The position numbers and the translations under genes were made by a program. A model generated the notes under the pieces. The model was not told the DNA's origin, searched no databases, and was given only the letters and a program-made list of their open reading frames with translations. A stretch of DNA of 32,000 nucleotides from Patescibacteria group bacterium (GTDB lineage: Bacteria; Patescibacteriota; Patescibacteriia; 2-01-FULL-39-33). Numbering within the stretch: the first letter of the stretch is position 1; each line of letters begins with the position of its first letter. Where the stretch lies: the NCBI GenBank assembly GCA_041649575.1, contig JBAZMW010000003.1:30001-62000 (forward strand), given 5' to 3'. This document shows, in pieces, positions 15,896-23,579 of the stretch.

Positions 15896-15930
15896 TAAAA
15901 ATGATAGAAAAAATATTAACTTAAAAAAAT

Positions 15931-16587
15931 ATGACCGACAAAAAACCGCTGTTGCGGCAGGTGATGAAAAGGGGCGACTGGGTTCGCCTGGTTATTTTGC
16001 TTATTTTTTGGATAGCTTGCTATTCTTGGGTGTGGTGGGAGTATCAGAAGCCGATTGATATTAACATAATGATCAACGAGGCCGCCAGCGAACAAGTGGA
16101 AATCGTCCAAACCAAAGACGGCCAGCTGGTAAAAAATCTGGCGGCCGGGTACGAGGTGACTGTGCCAAAAGGCTGGTTTGTAAAAAATGTTAGCTCTGTT
16201 ATAGAAATTTACAATCGCTTTAATAACGAGGCCAGCGACTCGGAGGCTTATTATGGTTGTCAAAATGACATTAATAGTGTCAATCTTAATGGACACAGTT
16301 TAAATGACTGGTTAAAGTCAATAGATCAAGATCGAACCGGAACGGAAGAATCCGAGCCATCAAAAACGAAAATAGTTAGGGAGGAGGATATAAAGATAGA
16401 CGGTAAAAAAGGTATAAAAAGAATATATAACCCGCCAATGGGTCCAGAGTATACCCAGACTTACATTATAAATAATGAGGATGTATTAGTAATTACGCAG
16501 CTGATTGGTGTGGTAAATCAAAATGAAAAAGAAATTTGCGAAAGGGATCTTAATAAAATTATAAACAATATTTCTTTTTATAAATAA
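15931..16587 (+). CDS. Hypothetical membrane-anchored protein (218 aa)
   Basis: It has one N-terminal TM helix (WVRLVILLIFWIACYSWVWW). Its stop is 2 nt before the next start. I recognise no domain. Confidence 0.55.
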   Translation: MTDKKPLLRQVMKRGDWVRLVILLIFWIACYSWVWWEYQKPIDINIMINEAASEQVEIVQTKDGQLVKNLAAGYEVTVPKGWFVKNVSSVIEIYNRFNNEASDSEAYYGCQNDINSVNLNGHSLNDWLKSIDQDRTGTEESEPSKTKIVREEDIKIDGKKGIKRIYNPPMGPEYTQTYIINNEDVLVITQLIGVVNQNEKEICERDLNKIINNISFYK

Positions 16588-16589
16588 AC

Positions 16590-19500
16590 ATGTTTTTTAG
16601 GGGGCTCAGTTTACTCTTCATAATATTTTTTTTATTGATAATGGTATTACCTACATCACTTCATGCCGATGAGGCCTTTTTAGTTTTTCCTTTTTTAAAA
16701 AAATATGAAATTTCATGCTCATGGGGATGCTATAGCGGGCACAAAGGGACCGACTACCGTGTAAACACGGGTACAGATGTGGTCGCGGCCGCCGGAGGTG
16801 TAATAAAAAAACAAATTAATATACTCCAAGACAACGAGAAAAAAAAGGGTAGTTTTGGAAACTACACGATAATTGATCATCTTAATGGCTATCAAACGAT
16901 ATACTCGCACCTGCAAATTAATAGTATGCAGTTAAAGGAAGGCGATAAAGTTAGGGTTGGAGAAATAATAGCTAAATCCGATAATAATGGGGCTTCTACT
17001 GGCCCTCATCTACACTTTGAAATTAGAAAAAATAATATTGCTTTAGATCCATACAAAAATAATCTGTGGCTTTTAGATGAAAATAAAAATATTATTATTT
17101 TAAATGACATGGAAGAAAAAGACGATCAAAAGAATAATAAACCTACAATTACACAACCAGCCCCAGAAACACCTTGGTGGCAAAAAATTTTTGATTGGTT
17201 TAAAAAATTATTCGAAAGAAAAAGCGGCGAGGTAGCCAGCGAACAGGAAAGCCAAGCTCCAGCACCCGACCCCAAATTAGAAAACCAGGAAAATTTCGTC
17301 CCGCCGGACAAAATTTTTAACGCCGCTTATGTTTCCCAGAGCTCATATCTAAACTTGAACGCCGGAGAGACCGCCACTCTTTCTGTAAATTTAAAAAATA
17401 CCGGCAACACCGACTGGACTCCGGGCCAAGTTTCGTTAAACCTCAACAACTCCGGAGAAAGTTCTCCTTTTCATCACAACTCGTGGCTCACCGCCAGAAG
17501 ACCGGCCAGACTGGATCAGCCCCGGGTTAAGCCCGGCCAAACCGGCAGCTTCACTTTTATCATTCAAGCTCCGAAACAAAAGGGCGTTTACCAACTGTTT
17601 GTCAGACCGGTCTACCAGGATGAACTCGGCTTCCATTGGTTAGGGTCGGATTTGGGAATTTTTTGGCTGATCAACGTGGCCGAGACGGCCACAATAGCGG
17701 AATTGCCAGAAACAACGGCGCCGGAGACAGCCCAAGAAAAAGGAATGGAAGAAAAAATAACGGAACCGGAAAATAAACAGGAAAAACCAGAGGAACCAAT
17801 TACCGCGCCGAGCACTGGCGGCAGCAGCGGTGGAGAAAGTGGCGCCGACAATAATCAGTCTAGCGCTTATCCCCCGCCCGCCCCAGTCATAACCTTGCCG
17901 ACAACCGAGGAAGAACTGCTTATCGGCTCTACCTCCACCATCAAACTGGCCGGCACCAAAACGCCAAATAGCGCCACGATTTTTATTTGGCACAACGATC
18001 AACTGACAGAAATTAACAGCTTTCCCGAAGCCGGCAGTTGGCAAGCAGATTTCACTTTAACGGCAGGCGATAATTTTTTCCGCGTGGCGGCCGCCAGTAG
18101 CGCCGGCAACATCTCCGACGAAGACAAATTAAAAATAATTTACGATTCGACTCCCCCGCCAGCCGTTTCTGATTTGCAGGCTGGACGTATAACCAGTTCC
18201 ACGGCGCAAATAATTTTTACTCCGCCCGAAGCCAACCTGACTTTTGACTTGCGTTACTCTTTGGACAACTTAGATATAAACGGCTGGGACAGCGCCAGCG
18301 GCACTGCCAAAATCATAGAAGGCGCCAGCGACACTTCCACTATTTCTCTGCTAGTGGAAAACTTAGACCAGCTGCCAAAGCTGAAGTTTTATCTGCGCGC
18401 TCAAGACGCCGCCGGCAACCTGTCCGGGCTTTCCAACCAAGCCATGATAACCGTTTTACCGGCCATCGGTGAGGTTAACGGCTTTGAAATAACGCCCAGC
18501 TCCCTTTTGGCCCAATGGCTCTTGCCCAACTTTACCGTCAAAAACAGCGCCGCCGAAACAGAGGCCCGCTATTCATTAGAGCCGATTAATGAAAGTAATT
18601 TTTCCCAAGCCACCAAGATTGAAAATGTTTTACCGGCCACGCCCAACATGGTGGCCGAGGCCTATTTGCCAAACCTCTCATCTGGCACGGATTATTATCT
18701 GGCTCTAAAATATTCGGATGGCCTGAACTGGTCGGAAATTTTTTATTCGGCAAAAATCACCACCACGCAAAACTACTCGCAAATTAACGGCGGCGCCAAC
18801 TGCGCTTTTATCTCCGATCACGAGTTAAAAACCGCCAATGGGCCATATTTGATAACCGGGCAAGTTTATCTTTACTGGCATAAAAAATTGACCATTGAGC
18901 CGGGGACAATTCTGAAATTCAAGAGCGGCGGCAGTATTTTTGCTTTGGGATCGATAGAGGCGAAAGGCGCGGCCAGCGCGCCAATAATTTTCACCGCTTT
19001 TGGCGATGATGAGTTTGGCGGCGACAGCAATAATGATGGCGCGGCCTCCTCGCCCGCCTTTGGCGATTGGCAGGGAGTTATCATCAGAAATTCCCCAACC
19101 GCTCAAGTGGACTTGGATTATGTGAAAATCAAATACGCCAAAGACGCCTTAAGTATTGGCGGCGTGGATAAAACAAACATTGCCAACAGCGAAATCTCCA
19201 ACTCGTCGCGACGGGCTTTGAGCCTGATAAATATTAATAATGTTTTGGTAACCAAAAATAATATTATAAATAATAAGTTGGGGATTTACTTAGATAACGG
19301 CAAGCCAACTGAAGTTTCTTTCAATAATATAAAAAACAATAATCTTGGCACTTTTGAAGAAGAATCTGGCGGCTTGGTATTGGCCGAGTCCGACGGCCTT
19401 AATCTAACCAACAATAATATTTATAATAACAACTTCTGGGGAATTTTTGCTTTTGACGGCTTAAATTTCAATGCCGCTAATAATTATTATGGCGCGGCCG

Positions 19501-19631
19501 AAGGGCCGATTAAGATGACCATGGGAGAATTTTTGGCCGACCCGCACCAATATGATGGTCGCGGAGAGCGCGACATCATCCATGGAGATTTCAACTATAA
19601 TAATTTCTCGCCGACGGAAATTGTTTTCTAA
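16590..19631 (+). CDS. Secreted M23 (LytM-type) peptidase fused to Ig/FN3-like modules and a right-handed beta-helix (1013 aa)
   Basis: It has a signal peptide. The M23 motifs are HKGTDYRV (HxxxD) and GPHLHFEIR (HxH). The linker is Pro/Glu-rich. The C-terminus has repetitive N-rich stretches (NIANSEISNSS.., VTKNNIINNKLGIYL, NLTNNNIYNNNFWGI) typical of PbH1 beta-helix repeats. Confidence 0.8.
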   Translation: MFFRGLSLLFIIFFLLIMVLPTSLHADEAFLVFPFLKKYEISCSWGCYSGHKGTDYRVNTGTDVVAAAGGVIKKQINILQDNEKKKGSFGNYTIIDHLNGYQTIYSHLQINSMQLKEGDKVRVGEIIAKSDNNGASTGPHLHFEIRKNNIALDPYKNNLWLLDENKNIIILNDMEEKDDQKNNKPTITQPAPETPWWQKIFDWFKKLFERKSGEVASEQESQAPAPDPKLENQENFVPPDKIFNAAYVSQSSYLNLNAGETATLSVNLKNTGNTDWTPGQVSLNLNNSGESSPFHHNSWLTARRPARLDQPRVKPGQTGSFTFIIQAPKQKGVYQLFVRPVYQDELGFHWLGSDLGIFWLINVAETATIAELPETTAPETAQEKGMEEKITEPENKQEKPEEPITAPSTGGSSGGESGADNNQSSAYPPPAPVITLPTTEEELLIGSTSTIKLAGTKTPNSATIFIWHNDQLTEINSFPEAGSWQADFTLTAGDNFFRVAAASSAGNISDEDKLKIIYDSTPPPAVSDLQAGRITSSTAQIIFTPPEANLTFDLRYSLDNLDINGWDSASGTAKIIEGASDTSTISLLVENLDQLPKLKFYLRAQDAAGNLSGLSNQAMITVLPAIGEVNGFEITPSSLLAQWLLPNFTVKNSAAETEARYSLEPINESNFSQATKIENVLPATPNMVAEAYLPNLSSGTDYYLALKYSDGLNWSEIFYSAKITTTQNYSQINGGANCAFISDHELKTANGPYLITGQVYLYWHKKLTIEPGTILKFKSGGSIFALGSIEAKGAASAPIIFTAFGDDEFGGDSNNDGAASSPAFGDWQGVIIRNSPTAQVDLDYVKIKYAKDALSIGGVDKTNIANSEISNSSRRALSLININNVLVTKNNIINNKLGIYLDNGKPTEVSFNNIKNNNLGTFEEESGGLVLAESDGLNLTNNNIYNNNFWGIFAFDGLNFNAANNYYGAAEGPIKMTMGEFLADPHQYDGRGERDIIHGDFNYNNFSPTEIVF

Positions 19632-19663
19632 AAACCTCCGATATATACCGCTTCCAAAACCAA

Positions 19664-19692
19664 TTGACGAGCCGGTTTTTTTGTGATAATTT
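19664..19692 (+). promoter_or_regulatory. Promoter upstream of island 4 (TTGACG-17-TAATTT, or extended -10 TGtGATAAT)
   Basis: TTGACG at 19664-19669. TGTGATAAT at 19682-19690. Confidence 0.4.
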
Positions 19693-19759
19693 AAGGTCGC
19701 TAGTCCTTTTTGGTTTGGATGGGTCTTAGACGCAACGCACGTAACAAGGAGAACCAATC

Positions 19760-20902
19760 ATGACCATTAGAGTTGAGACGTTGGGTGAGCAGGCACTGGG
19801 CATGCTAGCAATGCTGTATAAGGACAGTCGTCCGGCAGCCATTCACCTGCAAGGAAGGCAGGTGTTCGTGAGAAAGCCAAACGGCCAGGCCGAGATCCTC
19901 GAGCTGGCGCTCGATTTCTCTTGGCCCCAAGCGCTTCTGGGCAACCGGATGCCGGAGAACCCCTCGGCCGTCTTCATGCTGGAGCTGCCGTGGCCGACAA
20001 TGGAGGAGTCAGAGAAAGCCGGAGCAGAACCCCGGCAGCCGACGCAGACGTTCCTGCGCTTCAAGGCGATCTCCTTAAACGGAGCGCTCACCCTCTTCCC
20101 GATCTGGCGGCCGATCGGCAATGCATTGGCTTGTTCAGATGAGCCAATCTTGCACTTCCCCGCCCTCAAATCGCCTCTGGTACCAGACTGGCCGACGGTA
20201 TTTGAGACAAGCCGCGGACTGGTCATCATCTCGGGCGAACGCCGCTCCGGCCGCACCATTACGGCCATGTCGCTCATCAACAGGCTCAGAGAGAATCGAA
20301 AGATAGCCATGGGCCTGATCGAACGGGCAGCCGAACACGCATTGAATGAAACGGCTGGGTTTATCGAACGGGTCGAGCTGGGGTTTGACGGTAACTGGCC
20401 TGAAGCCGTGAACCTGCTCGATCGGAGAAACTTCGATGTCATCTACCTGGAGGAAATCCCGGACGTCGCCACGCTGAATCAGGCAATCAGTGCCGCCGAA
20501 TCGCGTCTGGTCATCGCCTGCGGCCCCTCCCGCTCGGTGACGGAAACGCTGGAATGTCTGCTGGAAATGGAGCCGGACCGCGCGCGCAACGAAGGTTTGC
20601 GCCGACGGCTGGCCAGGGTGCTGGTGGGCATCATAGGCCAAGTTTTGGTGCCGAACAAAGGCGGCTCCGCGCTGGCACCGGCCACCGAAATTCTGGTGAA
20701 GACGCCGGCGGTTCACAACCTGATCCGCGAAGACAAGACCTTCCGAATCCTCGAATCCATGCGTACCGGGCATAAGTACGGAATGCTCACACTGAACGAG
20801 GATCTTCTGCGCCTGGTCAATGGTGGCTACGTTGACAAAGAAGCCGCCTTGGCCGCCTCTTACATGCCGGAAGAGCTGGAAGAGCTCCTCGGAAAGAAAT
20901 AG
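19760..20902 (+). CDS. PilT/PilU-family secretion-ATPase homologue with degenerate catalytic motifs (380 aa)
   Basis: AAGGAG lies 8 nt upstream of the ATG. The C-terminal half aligns by eye with PilT. TPAVHNLIREDKTFRI matches TPAIRNLIREDK, and GMLTLNEDLLRLVNGGYV matches GMQTLD..L..LV..G.I. The catalytic motifs are altered. Walker A is GERRSGRT (canonical GPTGSGKS). The Asp box is LIERAAEH (canonical TIEDPIEF). The His box is LVIACGPSRS (canonical GHLVFGTLHT). Walker B is DVIYLEEIPD (canonical DIILVGEMRD). Confidence 0.85.
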   Translation: MTIRVETLGEQALGMLAMLYKDSRPAAIHLQGRQVFVRKPNGQAEILELALDFSWPQALLGNRMPENPSAVFMLELPWPTMEESEKAGAEPRQPTQTFLRFKAISLNGALTLFPIWRPIGNALACSDEPILHFPALKSPLVPDWPTVFETSRGLVIISGERRSGRTITAMSLINRLRENRKIAMGLIERAAEHALNETAGFIERVELGFDGNWPEAVNLLDRRNFDVIYLEEIPDVATLNQAISAAESRLVIACGPSRSVTETLECLLEMEPDRARNEGLRRRLARVLVGIIGQVLVPNKGGSALAPATEILVKTPAVHNLIREDKTFRILESMRTGHKYGMLTLNEDLLRLVNGGYVDKEAALAASYMPEELEELLGKK

Positions 20903-20926
20903 AAAGGCTGCTATCGCACAACAAAC

Positions 20927-20968
20927 GAGCCGTCTGACGCGCACAGCGCCAGGCGGCTCTCTCTATTT
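20927..20968 (+). terminator. GC-rich hairpin terminator closing island 4
   Basis: GAGCCGTCTG (20927-20936) pairs with CAGGCGGCTC (20950-20959) with one G-U pair. It encloses an inner GCGC-aca-GCGC. TCTCTATTT follows. Confidence 0.55.
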
Positions 20969-20975
20969 GTAGAGA

Positions 20976-22268
20976 CTAATTATTATAAGATAATTTTTGA
21001 TTATCACCCAGCAATTTTTTAATAATATCGTTTCTCTGATTCAGACTAAAAGCGTGAAGCACCACCACAATACTGTTGTCTTTCTTTAAAGCCACGTTCC
21101 TTTGCGCCTCCACCAAAAAACCGGTTTTGACCGCTTCCGGCTCAAAGGCCAACAAACTCAAATTGCGATTTTTCACCGCCACCTCCCGCTCTTGGCCCGA
21201 AGCGTCCTCAGCCCTAAACACACAATCAGAACAACGCGTGCCTTCGACTATTTCCTTCTTGTCAAAAGCTACTCTGGCAATGACGGCAAACTCCTCGGCG
21301 GTGCTGATGTTATTGGCATCCAAGCCGGACATCTCAAAAAATTTAGTCTTTCCCAACCCTAAATCCTTGGCCTTTTGATTCATTGCCGCCACAAATTCAC
21401 TGCGGCTTAACCCGCTGTTATCGGCTAAAACCACCGCCGACTGGTTGGAGGAAGCGGTTAGTAGCGAATTCCACAAATCCCCTATTCTTATTTTGTCGCC
21501 CGCTCGCAAATCCACTTCGCTGGTGGTGCCCTTGGCGGCCAAGGTGTAGGGATAATTAATTTCGGTTTCGGTAATTTCTATGGTCTTATCCCAATCCGGA
21601 TCCTGGTCGAGAAAAACCAAGGCCGTCATCAGTTTGCTTAAAGAAGCCAGCGGCAAAATGGTCTGGGAATTCGAGCCGTTGGAAAATTCTTCATCGCTGT
21701 ATTTGACATAAGCCACGGCCGGAAAAGCCGAGTCAAAAGTGAATTGCTCATTATTCATCGCCAATTTTCTCAAAGTGACGTCATTGACTTGCCAGCCGAT
21801 CACCTTGATAATTCTAGAGAAATCTTTAAAGGTCATCACCGGATAACGAATATTGTCGCCGGGATTAACATACCAATAATCTTTTTTTTCGGTAAAAATT
21901 ATCTTTCCTTTATACTTATTAAGCAAAGTTTTCTGGCTCGGCTGGCCTTTTTTGGCGGCCAGACCAGCCAATTCTTTGGCGCTGACCTTAACGGCCAATT
22001 TTTGCTTCAAAAAATCCAGATCCGCCTCGCTTCTTAGAGCGTATCTTTTTTTGTCGGCCTCATTGCCGTACCACAGATTGTTTAGCACTTCTTTTTGAAT
22101 CAAAAACCGCCCCGACAAATCCGCCTGGGTAAAAACCTTGGCCACCGGCATTTTTTTGACGGCAGTTTTCTGACTGGCGGCCTGGCCGACTGAGGGCAAA
22201 AATAAAAAACCAAACAAACTCAACAAAAAAATTTTTTGCCAAAGATTTTTAGAAATTTTTGAATTCAT
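20976..22268 (-). CDS. D-alanyl-D-alanine carboxypeptidase (S11 penicillin-binding protein) with N-terminal extension
   Basis: SxxK in LASLSKLMTALVFL, SxN in LTASSNQSA and KTG in AVKTGFL. I took the start at MNSKISKNLWQKIFLLSLFGFLFLPSVGQA (ATG 22268), which gives a signal peptide; the track start is 22301. Confidence 0.8.
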   Translation of the reverse strand: MNSKISKNLWQKIFLLSLFGFLFLPSVGQAASQKTAVKKMPVAKVFTQADLSGRFLIQKEVLNNLWYGNEADKKRYALRSEADLDFLKQKLAVKVSAKELAGLAAKKGQPSQKTLLNKYKGKIIFTEKKDYWYVNPGDNIRYPVMTFKDFSRIIKVIGWQVNDVTLRKLAMNNEQFTFDSAFPAVAYVKYSDEEFSNGSNSQTILPLASLSKLMTALVFLDQDPDWDKTIEITETEINYPYTLAAKGTTSEVDLRAGDKIRIGDLWNSLLTASSNQSAVVLADNSGLSRSEFVAAMNQKAKDLGLGKTKFFEMSGLDANNISTAEEFAVIARVAFDKKEIVEGTRCSDCVFRAEDASGQEREVAVKNRNLSLLAFEPEAVKTGFLVEAQRNVALKKDNSIVVVLHAFSLNQRNDIIKKLLGDNQKLSYNN

Positions 22269-22288
22269 TTTATAATTATAACAAAAAT

Positions 22289-22948
22289 TTACCGCCGCCA
22301 CAATCTTCTAATTAGTGTCATCATCAGAACCACAATAATTATCAAGCCAATCAAACCGCTGGCCAGCCAGTGGCCGACTTTGCCCTCGAAAATTGCCCAG
22401 AGCGGCTTGTTAAAATAATATTTTAAAACCGGTAAATTAATCAGAGTGCGAGCCGCCTCGTCGGGAGGAAAGGCTTCTGCCTGGCCGACCACCAAAACGT
22501 ATTTGCCAAAATTATCGGCGCTGTACGTTTTAATCAGATAATCACCGGCCGGCAACTGAATTTTTTTCTCCGGTCCCTGCCAATAATCGTCACCGGCGAA
22601 TTCTTCATGAAAAATCTGCCAGTCGTAGCCGGAACCGTCCAAGACAAAATTTTGACTTTCCAAATCCGTGCGCTTTAGCTCTGCGGAAACATTTTTTTTG
22701 ACGTCTTTGACGGCCGGCACCAAAATCTGAAAATAAAATTCCAGCGGCTGGTCTAGAATTATTCTAAAATATTCCGGGTCGCCTTTGAGCTGGGCATAAA
22801 AAGCCTGGGAAACCTCGGGGTTGAAAATATCCAACGGCTTATCAAGAGTGGGCGATAAATTATAAATCAAACGCGGCTGATGAGCGCTGGCAGCGCCGCC
22901 CAAGACAAAGCTTAGGAGAATGGCTCCCAAAATAAAAAATTTTTTCAT
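22289..22948 (-). CDS. Secreted, C-terminally anchored hypothetical protein (219 aa)
   Basis: Signal peptide ...GGAASA followed by HQPR. The C-terminal TM helix is GLIGLIIIVVLMMTLI, followed by RRLWRR. Confidence 0.65.
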   Translation of the reverse strand: MKKFFILGAILLSFVLGGAASAHQPRLIYNLSPTLDKPLDIFNPEVSQAFYAQLKGDPEYFRIILDQPLEFYFQILVPAVKDVKKNVSAELKRTDLESQNFVLDGSGYDWQIFHEEFAGDDYWQGPEKKIQLPAGDYLIKTYSADNFGKYVLVVGQAEAFPPDEAARTLINLPVLKYYFNKPLWAIFEGKVGHWLASGLIGLIIIVVLMMTLIRRLWRR

Positions 22949-23070
22949 ATCTTTAAAATAGCCAATAAAAAAATTTTATTCCTGTTTTAGCTGATTAGAT
23001 TATAGCAAAAATTATCATTAGTAGCGACTGGGCCAGGTCTGGACTCTTAGAATTAGACATTCAAATCTAT

Positions 23071-23104
23071 AAAAATAAAAACACCTTTTAGGTGCTTTTA
23101 TTTT
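23071..23104 (-). terminator. Weak A/T-flanked hairpin, possible end of the leftward repressor-TIR-caspase transcript
   Basis: CACC (23082-23085) pairs with GGTG (23091-23094). An A-run and a T-run flank it, so it may be bidirectional. Confidence 0.3.
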
Positions 23105-23289
23105 CTGCAGGCCACTTCGAGCTAGAACCGTCCAGAAGCAACCCCTGTAAGATTATTTTAGCGCTTTTTAGACATACAGGCACGACCCACCTCGAGCATG
23201 CCTATTTTCTAAAAAAGTGACAAAGGTGACACAATATCGGCGTATTAAATTACAACTAAGTGTCACGCTTGCTATTAATAGCCAAAATT

Positions 23290-23511
23290 CTAATTCCGAA
23301 GCTTTTTACGCGCTTCTTTCATAATCTTCTCTCTACCCTCGCTGGGTTCCACCTTTTTTGCCGCTTTAATTAGAGCATCTTTTACATCTTGTTTAGTTTC
23401 ATCTGGAAACTGTTTCTTTAACTGCCTTACTGCATAATCAAACTCATAATTTTGTTTGAAGCTGATCAGGTTTCGGTCAGGCTTACCAATTTTTTTCTTA
23501 TTGTCTGACAT
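23290..23511 (-). CDS. Small Lys-rich protein, DUF3606-like (73 aa)
   Basis: KPDRNLISFKQNYEFDYAVRQLKK resembles the DRxxIN...YE..YW core of DUF3606 as I remember it. It lies 68 nt downstream of the caspase-like gene on the same strand. Confidence 0.45.
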   Translation of the reverse strand: MSDNKKKIGKPDRNLISFKQNYEFDYAVRQLKKQFPDETKQDVKDALIKAAKKVEPSEGREKIMKEARKKLRN

Positions 23512-23579
23512 AATCGTTATTATAATTAATATTTAAATAATGATCATAGGGATTAATATAATATTTTTTAAATACTTAT

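Larger units (their letters stand above)
19735..20968. other. GC-rich island 4 (PilT-like gene cassette) between convergent backbone genes
   Basis: My hand count of line 20521-20580 gives 40/60 G+C. Confidence 0.7.

Noticed and set aside
19843-20944. Antisense ORFs opposite the PilT-like gene, including a 269-aa one (20135..20944-)
   Set aside because: The + frame shows clear PilT homology over more than 200 aa. The antisense products are typical GC-shadow sequences.
23217-23266. GTGACA / GTGACAC direct repeat plus inverted GTGTCAC 27 nt away, considered as an att site or operator at the left end of the element
   Set aside because: The arms are only 7 bp. By rough estimate, dozens of such inverted repeats at spacings of 40 nt or less are expected by chance in 32 kb. 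I found no matching sequence at the other end of the element.
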